A stretch of DNA of 47,126 bases from an uncultured Muribaculaceae bacterium (GTDB taxonomy: Bacteria > Bacillota_I > Bacilli_A > RF39 > UBA660): NCBI GenBank assembly GCA_964369245.1, contig CAYJEL010000001.1, positions 1 through 47,126 of the forward strand. The letters run 5' to 3'. Each line of letters starts with the position of its first letter. Positions within the stretch are counted from its first letter, which is position 1. The position numbers were made by a program, and so were the translations under genes. Below, piece after piece: positions 1-8,211 of the stretch. The notes beneath the pieces are model-generated. The model saw only the letters and a program-made list of their open reading frames with translations. It did no database searches and was not told the DNA's origin.

Positions 1-2
1 TT

Positions 3-419
3 ATGATGTCTAGATTAATAAATAGATCATTTCCAGATGTTACAAAATTAATTCCAGATAATTTTAAAATCAAAGTTACTATACCAACTCAAGAATTTTA
101 TAGTTTACTTGATAGAGTATCTTTATTTTCATCTGAAGAGGAAAATAATAATATAAAATTAGAATGTATTGATGATACTTTAGTTGTAAAATCTAATATT
201 CCAGAAATTGGTAATGTTGAAGAAAAGTTAAGTATTAAAAAATCTGTTAATGAAAATTTCAGAATTGCTTTTAGTTCAAAATATATGATGGAAGCTATAA
301 AATCATTTAATAGTGATGAAATTGAATTTTCATTTAATGAGGAAATTAAACCTATTATATTAAAAAGTTGTGGTGATGATTCGTTATTACAACTAATTGT
401 TCCAATGAAAACTTACTAA
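3..419 (+). CDS. dnaN: DNA polymerase III beta sliding clamp, C-terminal part (5' end outside window)
   Basis: The ORF runs from the window edge. Its C-terminal sequence (…FRIAFSSKYMMEAIK…PIILKS…LQLIVPMKTY) is typical of DnaN domain III. It lies upstream of recF-gyrB-gyrA. Confidence 0.9.
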   Translation: MMSRLINRSFPDVTKLIPDNFKIKVTIPTQEFYSLLDRVSLFSSEEENNNIKLECIDDTLVVKSNIPEIGNVEEKLSIKKSVNENFRIAFSSKYMMEAIKSFNSDEIEFSFNEEIKPIILKSCGDDSLLQLIVPMKTY

Positions 420-430
420 TTGTAAGTTTT

Positions 431-460
431 TTTGTCGAATTTTGTCGAATTTTGTCGAAC
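431..460 (+). promoter_or_regulatory. Three tandem 10-bp repeats TTTGTCGAA(T/C), each with a perfect Spo0A 0A box TGTCGAA
   Basis: tttgtcgaat tttgtcgaat tttgtcgaac read directly. The 0A cores are at 433-439, 443-449 and 453-459, spaced at exactly one helical turn. Confidence 0.6.
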
Positions 461-487
461 GGAAAATGTTTCATTTAAAAAATTGTG

Positions 488-496
488 TGTTATTAT
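488..496 (+). promoter_or_regulatory. Extended -10 element (TGTTATTAT) upstream of the ComK-like gene
   Basis: TGnTATTAT match about 45 nt upstream of the ATG at 542, just downstream of the 0A-box triplet. Confidence 0.35.
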
Positions 497-541
497 ATAA
501 ACCACTTAGCGCAAATACTAAGTTAGTAAGGGGGTGTGTAT

Positions 542-988
542 ATGACTGAATATTATATTAATAAAGAAACATCTTTAATTATTCCTATTGATGAAAATCA
601 TACTAAAGTTATTGAAAATAATACTGAATATATAATCGATAGTAATTGTATGGATGTTGTAAATGAAAGTTGTATGTATTATGGAAGTAATTATCAGGGA
701 AGATATATGGGTAGTAAAAAGATTTTAAATATGAATTATAAGTTACCTATTGTATTGGATGAATATAATGAAATTATTATTTTTCCAACTTCTTCACCTC
801 GATTAAAAGGTTGTACTTGGTTAGTATTACAAAATATAGAAAACTATAGTAAATTTGAAGAAAAAACTTTAGTCACTTTAAAAAATGGAGTATCATTTAA
901 AGTAGAAATTTCTTATGGTTCTTTTGAATCTCAAATTTTTAGAGCTTCTATGTTGTTAATGCTTTTAAAAAAGAGAAAAAAGGTATAA
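542..988 (+). CDS. comK: ComK-family competence transcription factor-like protein
   Basis: Core …ESCMYYGSNYQGRYMGS…YKLPIVLDEYNEIIIFPTSSPRLKGCTWLVLQNI…ISYGSFESQIFRA resembles B. subtilis ComK (…SCRFFGSSYAGRKAGT…PPIMVD…IFLFPT…C.WI…ISYNSFENQVYR). The ATG at 542 lies 6 nt after AAGGGGG. The GTG at 536 in the ORF track overlaps that SD. Confidence 0.7.
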   Translation: MTEYYINKETSLIIPIDENHTKVIENNTEYIIDSNCMDVVNESCMYYGSNYQGRYMGSKKILNMNYKLPIVLDEYNEIIIFPTSSPRLKGCTWLVLQNIENYSKFEEKTLVTLKNGVSFKVEISYGSFESQIFRASMLLMLLKKRKKV

Positions 989-1013
989 AAAAATAGTATA
1001 TACTATTTTTTTT
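987..1013. terminator. AT-rich perfect palindrome A7-TAGTATATACTA-T8, possible weak bidirectional terminator
   Basis: Overlaps the comK-like stop codon by two bases and runs downstream. Only one G:C pair, so the hairpin is weak. Confidence 0.3.
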
Positions 1014-1118
1014 ATTGTTTTAAAGGCTATTTTTTGATATAATGTAAGAGTGTATATATCCCTATTTGAATTATATTTTATTAAAAAAAGTGATATAAAA
1101 TAAGCTGAGGTGATTTTT

Positions 1119-2234
1119 TTGATCATAGATAAACTAAAATTAGTTAATTATAGGAATTATGAATCATTAGATTTAAAGTTTAATTCTAATATTAACATAT
1201 TTTATGGCAATAATGCTCAAGGAAAAACTAATATCTTAGAGAGTATATACTTAATATCCACAGCAAATTCACATAGATTAAGTGAAAATTCACAAATTAT
1301 AAAAAATGATTGCAGCAAATCTAAAGTAACAGCTTTTATTAAGTCAAGTAATTTTAAAAATAGATTTGAAATTATTTTATCAGCTAATGAAAAAATATTG
1401 AAAAATAATGGAAATGATATAAAAAAAATAAGTGAATATTTATATTCATCTATTGATGTTATTATTTTTACTCCAGATGATTTAGATTTAATTAAAGGTT
1501 CTCCTAGTGGAAGGAGGAATTTTATTAATAATGAGTTGTGTAAATTATCAGAAAATTATACAAAAATATTAAATGACTATAATAAGATACTTAAAATTAG
1601 AAATGATTATTTGAAAAAATTGGCTAATAATATTAATATAGATGAAAGTTATTTTAACATTATTTCAAATTATCTGGTTGATAAAGGTATTTTGATTTAT
1701 AGGATGAGGAAGAAATTTTTTGAAAAAATTAATGATAATGCTAATGATATATTTATTAAAATATTTGGAATGGAAAATTTTAAAGTTAAATATATTTGTA
1801 ATTTTTTTGATAATGAGGATGAAATGAAAAGATGTTTTCAAGAAAAGCTAGAAGTTAACAAAAAAAAGGAAATTCAAAATGGAATGACTTTATTTGGACC
1901 ACATAGGGATGATTTAGAGTTTTATTTAAACGATAAAAACTTAAAGGATTATGGTTCACAAGGTCAGCAACGAGCTTCAGTACTTTGTTTAAAACTATCG
2001 GAAATAGATATTTATAAAAATACTAAGTTTAGAAACCCTGTTGTATTACTAGATGATATTTTTAGTGAATTAGATGATATTAAAAAAAATAATATTTTAA
2101 AATTATTAAGTGATGATATACAAGTTTTCATAACTACAACTGATTTAAAAAATGTTAATAAGAGAAAATTGAATAAAGCTAATTACTATAAAATTAAAGA
2201 TGGTAAAATTATAAAGATAGAAGAGGAAAATTAA
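1119..2234 (+). CDS. recF: DNA replication and repair protein RecF
   Basis: N-terminal [12 protein letters not shown]…[14 protein letters not shown] (Walker A), GSQGQQR signature and [10 protein letters not shown] Walker B. The TTG at 1119 lies 5 nt after GAGGTGA. The track start at 1110 (GTG) sits inside that SD. Confidence 0.9.
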   Translation: MIIDKLKLVNYRNYESLDLKFNSNINIFYGNNAQGKTNILESIYLISTANSHRLSENSQIIKNDCSKSKVTAFIKSSNFKNRFEIILSANEKILKNNGNDIKKISEYLYSSIDVIIFTPDDLDLIKGSPSGRRNFINNELCKLSENYTKILNDYNKILKIRNDYLKKLANNINIDESYFNIISNYLVDKGILIYRMRKKFFEKINDNANDIFIKIFGMENFKVKYICNFFDNEDEMKRCFQEKLEVNKKKEIQNGMTLFGPHRDDLEFYLNDKNLKDYGSQGQQRASVLCLKLSEIDIYKNTKFRNPVVLLDDIFSELDDIKKNNILKLLSDDIQVFITTTDLKNVNKRKLNKANYYKIKDGKIIKIEEEN

Positions 2235-2235
2235 T

Positions 2236-4158
2236 ATGACAAATAATACTTATGATGAATCAAATATTCAGGTCTTAGAAGGGTTAGAAGCTGTTCGTAA
2301 AAGACCTGGTATGTACATTGGAACGACTAGTGGTAGAGGTTTACACCATTTAGTTTGGGAAATAGTAGATAATGCTATCGATGAAGCTTTAGCTGGTTAT
2401 TGTGATGATATAGAAATTATTATCAATAAAGATAACTCTATAACGGTAAAAGATGATGGTAGGGGTATTCCTACTGGAATTCATGCTAAAACAGGTTTAT
2501 CCACAGTAGAAACTGTTTATACTGTATTACATGCAGGTGGTAAATTTGGTGGAGGAGGCTATAAAGTCTCTGGAGGTTTACATGGTGTTGGTGCTTCTGT
2601 AGTTAATGCATTAAGTACTTATGTTGAAGTAACTGTTTATCAAAATTCTAAAATACATCAAATCAGATTTGAAAATGGTGGAAATACTGTTAAACCTCTA
2701 AGTATTATTGGAGATTGCGATTCAAATAGAACTGGAACAACAGTAACTTTTAAACCAGATTCTGAGATTTTTACTGAAACAACAGTTTATGACTATGATA
2801 TTTTAAAAAATAGAATAAGGGAATTAGCTTTTTTAAATAAAGGATTAAAAATCATTTTATGTGATGATAGAGGCTTAGAGTATAGAAAAGAAGAATTTTT
2901 TTATGAAGGTGGAATTAGTGCCTACATTGAGTTATTAAATAAAAATAAAACTCCAATTCATGAAAATATTATTCATTTAGAAGGTGAAAAGAATGATATT
3001 AATATTGAAATTGCTTTTCAATATAATTCAGGTTTTTCTGAAAATATTTATTCATTTACTAATAATATAAATACGCATGAAGGTGGTACACATGAAGATG
3101 GTGTAAAAAGAGCTTTAACTCGTATTATTAATAATTATGCAAAAAGTAATAAAATTTTAAAAGATAATGATGATTCTTTAACAGGTGAGGATGTTCGTGA
3201 AGGTTTAACAATGATAATTTCTTGTAAACATCCTGATCCACAATTTGAAGGTCAGACTAAAACTAAGTTGGGAAATAGTGAAGTAAGAAAAATTTCTGAT
3301 GATATTTTCAGTGAAGGTTTTGAAAGATTTCTTTTAGAAAATCCTGTCCAAGCTAAAATAATTATTGAAAAATCATTGACTGCTGCTAGAGCTCGTGTAG
3401 CTGCTAAAAAAGCCAGAGAATTAACTCGTAAAAAAACTGAGTCAGATTTTACTAGTGATTGGGGAAAATTAGCTAAATGTTCTTCTAAAAAGCCTGAAGA
3501 TTGTGAATTATTTATAGTCGAAGGGGATTCGGCTGCAGGTGCTGCAAAGCAAGGTAGAGATGCAATTACTCAAGCTATTTTACCACTTAGAGGAAAAATA
3601 TTGAATGTTGAAAAATCTAGATTGGATAAAATATTGGGAAATACTGAAATTAGAAGTTTAATAACGGCCTTAGGTACTGGTATAGGCGATGAATTTAATT
3701 TAGAAAATTGTAGATATCATAAAATTGTTATTATGACGGATGCCGATGTTGATGGTTCTCATATTAGAACTTTATTATTAACACTGTTTTATAGATTTTT
3801 TAAACCTGTTGTTCAAGCAGGGTACATTTATGCTGCTCAACCACCTTTATTTAAAGTTACGCATGGTAAGGTTGTTAAGTACTTCTTAACTGAAGAAGAG
3901 AAAAATGAGTATTTATTAACTTTTGAAGAAAATCAAAGAAAACCTCTAGTAGCTCGTATGAAAGGATTAGGGGAAATGGATAAAGATGAATTAAGTGATA
4001 CTACAATGCATATAGAAAATAGAGTACTTAGAAAAATTACTTTGGAAGATGCAATGTTGGCAGATGAAATATTTGAAATTCTTATGGGTGAAGAAGTTGA
4101 ACCAAGAAGAAATTTTATTGAAGAAAATGCTTTAAATGTAGAAAACTTGGATATATAG
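2236..4158 (+). CDS. gyrB: DNA gyrase subunit B
   Basis: [43 protein letters not shown], and Toprim motifs EGDSAGG and [12 protein letters not shown]. Confidence 0.97.
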   Translation: MTNNTYDESNIQVLEGLEAVRKRPGMYIGTTSGRGLHHLVWEIVDNAIDEALAGYCDDIEIIINKDNSITVKDDGRGIPTGIHAKTGLSTVETVYTVLHAGGKFGGGGYKVSGGLHGVGASVVNALSTYVEVTVYQNSKIHQIRFENGGNTVKPLSIIGDCDSNRTGTTVTFKPDSEIFTETTVYDYDILKNRIRELAFLNKGLKIILCDDRGLEYRKEEFFYEGGISAYIELLNKNKTPIHENIIHLEGEKNDINIEIAFQYNSGFSENIYSFTNNINTHEGGTHEDGVKRALTRIINNYAKSNKILKDNDDSLTGEDVREGLTMIISCKHPDPQFEGQTKTKLGNSEVRKISDDIFSEGFERFLLENPVQAKIIIEKSLTAARARVAAKKARELTRKKTESDFTSDWGKLAKCSSKKPEDCELFIVEGDSAAGAAKQGRDAITQAILPLRGKILNVEKSRLDKILGNTEIRSLITALGTGIGDEFNLENCRYHKIVIMTDADVDGSHIRTLLLTLFYRFFKPVVQAGYIYAAQPPLFKVTHGKVVKYFLTEEEKNEYLLTFEENQRKPLVARMKGLGEMDKDELSDTTMHIENRVLRKITLEDAMLADEIFEILMGEEVEPRRNFIEENALNVENLDI

Positions 4159-4167
4159 GAGGACATC

Positions 4168-6639
4168 ATGGATAAATTAGAATTAATAAATATTGAAAAA
4201 GAGGTAAAAGATTCATTTTTACAATACTCAATGAGTGTTATTGTGTCTAGAGCATTACCTGATTTAAGAGATGGTTTGAAGCCTGTTCATAGACGTATAT
4301 TATATGCAATGTTTGAGGATGGGTATACACCAGATAAGCAATATGTTAAAAGTGCTAAAACTGTCGGAAATGTTATGGGGAAATACCACCCTCATGGTGA
4401 TTCTGCAATTTATGATTCAATGGTTAGAATGGCTCAAGATTTTAGTTATAGACATATTTTAGTAGATGGTCATGGAAATTTTGGTTTTATAGATGGTTCA
4501 ACAGCTGCTGCATCTCGTTATACAGAAGCTAGGTTGTCTAAAATTTCTATGGAAATGCTAAGAGATATTGATAAAGAAACTATTGATATGGTTGATAATT
4601 ATGATGCTAGTGAAAAAGAACCGGTTGTTCTACCTAGTAGATATCCTAACATTTTAGTTAATGGTACTACGGGTATAGCTGTTGGAATGGCAACCAATAT
4701 TCCGCCACATAATTTATGCGAGGTTATTGATGCCTGTGTTGCTTATATTGATAATAATGATATTGAATTATCTGAATTGATGGAATTTATTAAAGGACCA
4801 GATTTTCCTACTGGTGGAACTATATTAGGTAATGCTGGTATAAGAAAAGCATATGAAACAGGTAGGGGTTCAATTGCAATAAGAGGTAAGGCTGAAATAG
4901 TTGAAGAAAAAAATAAAACTTTAATTGTTATAACTGAAGTTCCATATCAAACTAATACGTCGTCATTACAGATGAAAATAGCTGAATTAGTGCGTGATAA
5001 GGTATTAAGTGGTATTTCAGATTTAAGAGATGAAACTTCGCTTAAAAATGGCTTTAAATTAGTTGTAGAGCTTAAGCGCGAAGCTAATGCTAATGTTGTT
5101 TTAAATAATTTATATAAATATACTCAATTGCAGTCATCGTTCGGTATAAACTTATTGATGTTACATAATGGTAGGCCTCATACTTTTGGTTTAAAAGAAA
5201 TTTTAGTTCATTATACTGAGTATCAAAAGGAAATTATATATAGAAGAACTAAATATATTCTTAGAAAATCTGAAGAAAGATATCATATTTTATTAGGATT
5301 AAAGATAGCTTTAGATAATATTGATGAAGTTATTAAAATAATTAAAGAATCTAAAACAGAGCAAATAGCAAAAGATGTTTTAATGGAAAAATTTGGATTG
5401 GATGTTATTCAATCAACAGCTATTCTTGATATGAGATTAAGAAGATTAACAGGTTTAGAAAAAGATAAGATTGTTAATGAACTACAACAATTAGAAACTT
5501 TAATAAATGATTTAAAAGATATTTTATCTAATGAATTTAGAATTTTATCTATTATTAAAGATGAAATGTTAGAAATTAAACGTAAATTTGGTAATGAACG
5601 TAAAACGGATATTGACATGACAGCAATTGATTATATTGATGATGAATCTTTGATTCCTGTACAAGATATAGTTATTACGTTAACTAATAAAGGTTATATC
5701 AAAAGAATGGATACTGATAATTATAGAACGCAAAATCGTGGTGGTGTTGGTATTAAAGGTATGGCAACAAATGAGGAAGATTTTGTTGAAAACATAATTT
5801 CTATGTCAACTCATGATTATTTATTGATATTTACTAATAAAGGAAAAGTTTACCGAATGAAAGGGTATGAAATTCCATTGTTTAGTAGACAATCAAAAGG
5901 TTTACCAATTGTAAATTTATTACCGATTGATAAAGAAGAAAATGTTAGTGCAATGCTTAAAGTTGAACAAGAAGATGTCAATAAATATATTGTATTTTGT
6001 ACACAAAATGGTTTAGTTAAAAGGACTTTAATATCAGAATTTGATAATATTAGATCTAATGGAAAAATAGCTATTGGTTTAAAAGAAGATGATGAATTAA
6101 TTTCTGTTAAGAAAACTCAAGGTGATTCTGAAATAGTAATTGGAGCTTCTAATGGTAGAATGGTTAGATTTTCGGAAGATGAAATTAGAGTTATGGGAAG
6201 AACTGCTTCTGGAGTTAAAGGTATCAATATGGGTGTTGGTAAGGTTGTAGGATGTGAGATTTCAACAACAGATTCTAAGATACTTGTTGTTACAGAAAAT
6301 GGATATGGTAAGAAAACTTCAGTTGATGAATATAGAGTTACTCATCGTGGTAGTAAAGGTGTTAAAGCACTTAACATCACTGAGAAAAATGGTAACATAA
6401 TTTCGTTTAAAATTATTAATGATGATGATGATTTAATGATTATTACAAATAATGGTATAATTATTAGAATATCAATTGATCAAGTTTCATCTACGGGTAG
6501 AGTTGCTCAAGGAGTAAAACTTATTAACTTAAAAGAAGGTCAAAAGGTTTCAACAATAGCATTGATTAAGAAAATTGATGTTGAAGAAGAAATTGGCGAA
6601 GAAATTGTAAATGAAAATAGTACTGATGTACAAAATTAG
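4168..6639 (+). CDS. gyrA: DNA gyrase subunit A
   Basis: [29 protein letters not shown] and [11 protein letters not shown] (active-site Tyr region), plus C-terminal beta-pinwheel repeats. Confidence 0.97.
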   Translation: MDKLELINIEKEVKDSFLQYSMSVIVSRALPDLRDGLKPVHRRILYAMFEDGYTPDKQYVKSAKTVGNVMGKYHPHGDSAIYDSMVRMAQDFSYRHILVDGHGNFGFIDGSTAAASRYTEARLSKISMEMLRDIDKETIDMVDNYDASEKEPVVLPSRYPNILVNGTTGIAVGMATNIPPHNLCEVIDACVAYIDNNDIELSELMEFIKGPDFPTGGTILGNAGIRKAYETGRGSIAIRGKAEIVEEKNKTLIVITEVPYQTNTSSLQMKIAELVRDKVLSGISDLRDETSLKNGFKLVVELKREANANVVLNNLYKYTQLQSSFGINLLMLHNGRPHTFGLKEILVHYTEYQKEIIYRRTKYILRKSEERYHILLGLKIALDNIDEVIKIIKESKTEQIAKDVLMEKFGLDVIQSTAILDMRLRRLTGLEKDKIVNELQQLETLINDLKDILSNEFRILSIIKDEMLEIKRKFGNERKTDIDMTAIDYIDDESLIPVQDIVITLTNKGYIKRMDTDNYRTQNRGGVGIKGMATNEEDFVENIISMSTHDYLLIFTNKGKVYRMKGYEIPLFSRQSKGLPIVNLLPIDKEENVSAMLKVEQEDVNKYIVFCTQNGLVKRTLISEFDNIRSNGKIAIGLKEDDELISVKKTQGDSEIVIGASNGRMVRFSEDEIRVMGRTASGVKGINMGVGKVVGCEISTTDSKILVVTENGYGKKTSVDEYRVTHRGSKGVKALNITEKNGNIISFKIINDDDDLMIITNNGIIIRISIDQVSSTGRVAQGVKLINLKEGQKVSTIALIKKIDVEEEIGEEIVNENSTDVQN

Positions 6640-6644
6640 AAAAA

Positions 6645-6668
6645 GGGTTTTATTTGAAACTCTTTTTT
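6645..6668 (+). terminator. Rho-independent terminator after gyrA
   Basis: GGGTTT (6645-6650) pairs with AAACTC (6657-6662, one G:U), a 6-nt loop, then TTTTTT. Confidence 0.6.
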
Positions 6669-6670
6669 CA

Positions 6671-6697
6671 ATGTTTCACGTGAAACATTGTGGATAA
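6671..6697. promoter_or_regulatory. Composite site 1: parS palindrome 6671-6688 abutting a perfect DnaA box TGTGGATAA 6689-6697
   Basis: Direct read. The inner 16 bp TGTTTCACGTGAAACA is the parS consensus. The box reads TTATCCACA on the minus strand. Confidence 0.8.
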
Positions 6698-6800
6698 AAA
6701 ATATAATTATAGTTATTTTAATACTATTTAACTTCCTTTTATATAGAATAGCACTATTTATAATTTTTTTACATTTCCCAACTTTAAATTAATATAAACT

Positions 6801-6827
6801 ATGTTTCACGTGAAACATAGTGGAAAA
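6801..6827. promoter_or_regulatory. Composite site 2: parS palindrome 6801-6818 abutting the degenerate box AGTGGAAAA 6819-6827
   Basis: Direct read. The box is TTTTCCACT on the minus strand, with the last base off consensus. Confidence 0.7.
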
Positions 6828-7009
6828 CTTTTATTTATTTTATATTGCAAATATTGGTAAAAAACATGTTGATAAATATAAATAGTATAGCACTATAGTT
6901 AATCTATTACTCAGATCACATTTATATTAAGATTAGTTTGATATTTTAACTATTTACTATTTTAAATATTGTACGTTTGTAATCAGTATATTCGTATCAT
7001 TTAAATTTC

Positions 7010-7036
7010 ATGTTTCACGTGAAACATTGTGGATAA
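7010..7036. promoter_or_regulatory. Composite site 3: parS palindrome 7010-7027 abutting TGTGGATAA 7028-7036
   Basis: Direct read. Confidence 0.8.
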
Positions 7037-7140
7037 AAAAATAATTATAGTTATTTTCATACTATTTAATATTCTTTTATATAGAATGCTACTATTTATA
7101 AACTTTTTTTAAATTTTCTAATTTTTAATTAATATAAACT

Positions 7141-7167
7141 ATGTTTCACGTGAAACATAGTGGAAAA
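7141..7167. promoter_or_regulatory. Composite site 4: parS palindrome 7141-7158 abutting AGTGGAAAA 7159-7167
   Basis: Direct read. Confidence 0.7.
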
Positions 7168-7313
7168 CTTATATATATAATATTAAAATAATAAAAAAAC
7201 TCATTTGTAATGATAAACATTAGCCTATATTATAAATAAATTAATTATATACAGCCATTTTAACTATATATATATAAATTTTAATAGTAATATGAATTTA
7301 TTATGTAATATCA

Positions 7314-7345
7314 ATGTTTCACGTGAAACATAAAATTGTGGATAA
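7314..7345. promoter_or_regulatory. Composite site 5: parS palindrome 7314-7331, AAAAT spacer, TGTGGATAA 7337-7345
   Basis: Direct read. Confidence 0.8.
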
Positions 7346-7519
7346 ACTTTAATTAAGCCATTATGAATATGTTTTACAAATATAATATATTGGATTTATT
7401 TTTATAGTTATTTATTAATAAATCAATATAATACGATTTCAATGACATATGTGTTAATTATTTACTTTTTTTTAAATAGTTTATACTTATAAATAATATA
7501 TTTGTATTATTTATATAAT

Positions 7520-7546
7520 ATGTTTCACGTGAAACATAGTGGAAAA
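7520..7546. promoter_or_regulatory. Composite site 6: parS palindrome 7520-7537 abutting AGTGGAAAA 7538-7546
   Basis: Direct read. Confidence 0.7.
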
Positions 7547-7660
7547 CTTATTTATAATGATAAATAATAGCTTATTTTATAAATAAGTTGTTTATATATA
7601 GTCATTTTAGACTATTTATATGGTTTTTTAGTAATAAAATAGATGTATTACGTAATATCA

Positions 7661-7686
7661 ATGTTTCACGTGAAACATGTGGATAA
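7661..7686. promoter_or_regulatory. Composite site 7: parS palindrome 7661-7678 overlapping TGTGGATAA 7678-7686 by 1 nt
   Basis: Direct read. Confidence 0.8.
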
Positions 7687-7852
7687 TTAAATAAAATTAC
7701 AATAATCTCTTTTCATTTAATTATTGTTAAATTTTTTATTAAATATAAAGAAATAAGTATAGAAATTAGAAATATTTTATAAAATAATACTCATTAGTAA
7801 TTGTTTTATTAAGTTATTAATATACTTAATATGTAATATTCAATTTAATTCA

Positions 7853-7879
7853 ATGTTTCACGTGAAACATTGTGGATAA
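7853..7879. promoter_or_regulatory. Composite site 8: parS palindrome 7853-7870 abutting TGTGGATAA 7871-7879
   Basis: Direct read. Confidence 0.8.
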
Positions 7880-7955
7880 CTGTTAATAGTATAGATTAAT
7901 ATAATAGTTAAGTGGGGGATAATATATTTAATTGTAATTAATATAATAAAAATTC

Positions 7956-7981
7956 ATGTTTCACGTGAAACATGTGGATAA
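7956..7981. promoter_or_regulatory. Composite site 9: parS palindrome 7956-7973 overlapping TGTGGATAA 7973-7981 by 1 nt
   Basis: Direct read. Confidence 0.8.
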
Positions 7982-8050
7982 TAGGAATATCTGTTAAAAT
8001 AATCCTTATAATTTTAATAATTTATTTATTTTTAATAGAAATTATTTATA

Positions 8051-8082
8051 ATGTTTCACGTGAAACATAAAATTGTGGAAAA
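8051..8082. promoter_or_regulatory. Composite site 10: parS palindrome 8051-8068, AAAAT spacer, TGTGGAAAA 8074-8082
   Basis: Direct read. The box is TTTTCCACA on the minus strand, a common DnaA-box variant. Confidence 0.75.
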
Positions 8083-8085
8083 TAC

Positions 8086-8114
8086 TTGATATATTTATAA
8101 AAATATTATATATT
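8086..8114 (+). promoter_or_regulatory. Sigma-A-type promoter of the SRP RNA gene
   Basis: TTGATA (8086-8091), a 17-nt spacer, then TATATT (8109-8114). The G at 8121 is a plausible +1. Confidence 0.5.
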
Positions 8115-8120
8115 ATATAT

Positions 8121-8191
8121 GCACAACATTTACATTCGAACCAGGTCAGAGTCGGAAGACAGCAGCCTTAAGGGTCTCTGAATGTGTGTGC
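8121..8191 (+). ncRNA. ffs: Small (4.5S-type) signal recognition particle RNA
   Basis: AACCAGGTCAGAGTCGGAAGACAGCAGCC matches the conserved SRP domain IV (E. coli 4.5S ACCAGGUCAGGUCCGGAAGGAAGCAGCC, GGAA tetraloop). The termini GCACA…/…TGTGC and CATTC/GAATG pair, followed by a T9 run (8192-8200). Position next to tadA-dnaX matches B. subtilis scr. Confidence 0.85.
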
Positions 8192-8211
8192 TTTTTTTTT
8201 AGGAGAATTTT

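Larger units (their letters stand above)
6671..8082. repeat. Array of ten composite sites (18-bp parS-consensus palindrome plus adjacent DnaA box) in an ORF-free AT-rich gap
   Basis: ATGTTTCACGTGAAACAT occurs exactly ten times at irregular spacing of 95-209 bp. Each copy is followed by TGTGGATAA, TGTGGAAAA or AGTGGAAAA. No ORF appears in the six-frame track between 6640 and 8211. Confidence 0.9.

Noticed and set aside
466-473. parS half-site (ATGTTTCA) downstream of the Spo0A boxes
   Set aside because: Only one half of the palindrome is present. ParB needs the full dyad, so this is likely fortuitous.
2497-2505. Perfect DnaA box TTATCCACA inside gyrB
   Set aside because: A single isolated 9-mer in 47 kb of AT-rich DNA is within chance expectation. 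There are no neighbouring boxes.
3933-4169. Antisense ORFs inside gyrB and gyrA (3933-4169 and 5409-5618, minus strand)
   Set aside because: They lie entirely within strongly supported + strand genes. Their sequences are low-complexity (Ser/Ile/Phe/Leu-rich), typical of shadow frames in AT-rich DNA, and they have no SD.
6671-8082. CRISPR array interpretation of the repeated 18-mer
   Set aside because: The repeat is only 18 bp and perfectly palindromic. Spacers are long and irregular (about 70-190 bp) and partly homologous to one another. No cas genes or leader are nearby. The motif matches parS plus DnaA box instead.
6671-8082. MITE, IS remnant or other mobile element as the origin of the repeats
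   Set aside because: There is no transposase ORF, no terminal inverted repeats bounding a unit and no target-site duplications. The conserved parts correspond exactly to known protein-binding motifs while the rest has drifted. This cannot be fully excluded without genome-wide copy counts.
6640-8211. rRNA operon or tRNA genes expected after gyrA by synteny with B. subtilis (rrnO)
   Set aside because: The region is almost pure AT apart from the repeats and has no rRNA- or tRNA-like GC-rich structured segments. The only RNA gene recognisable is the short SRP RNA at 8121-8191.
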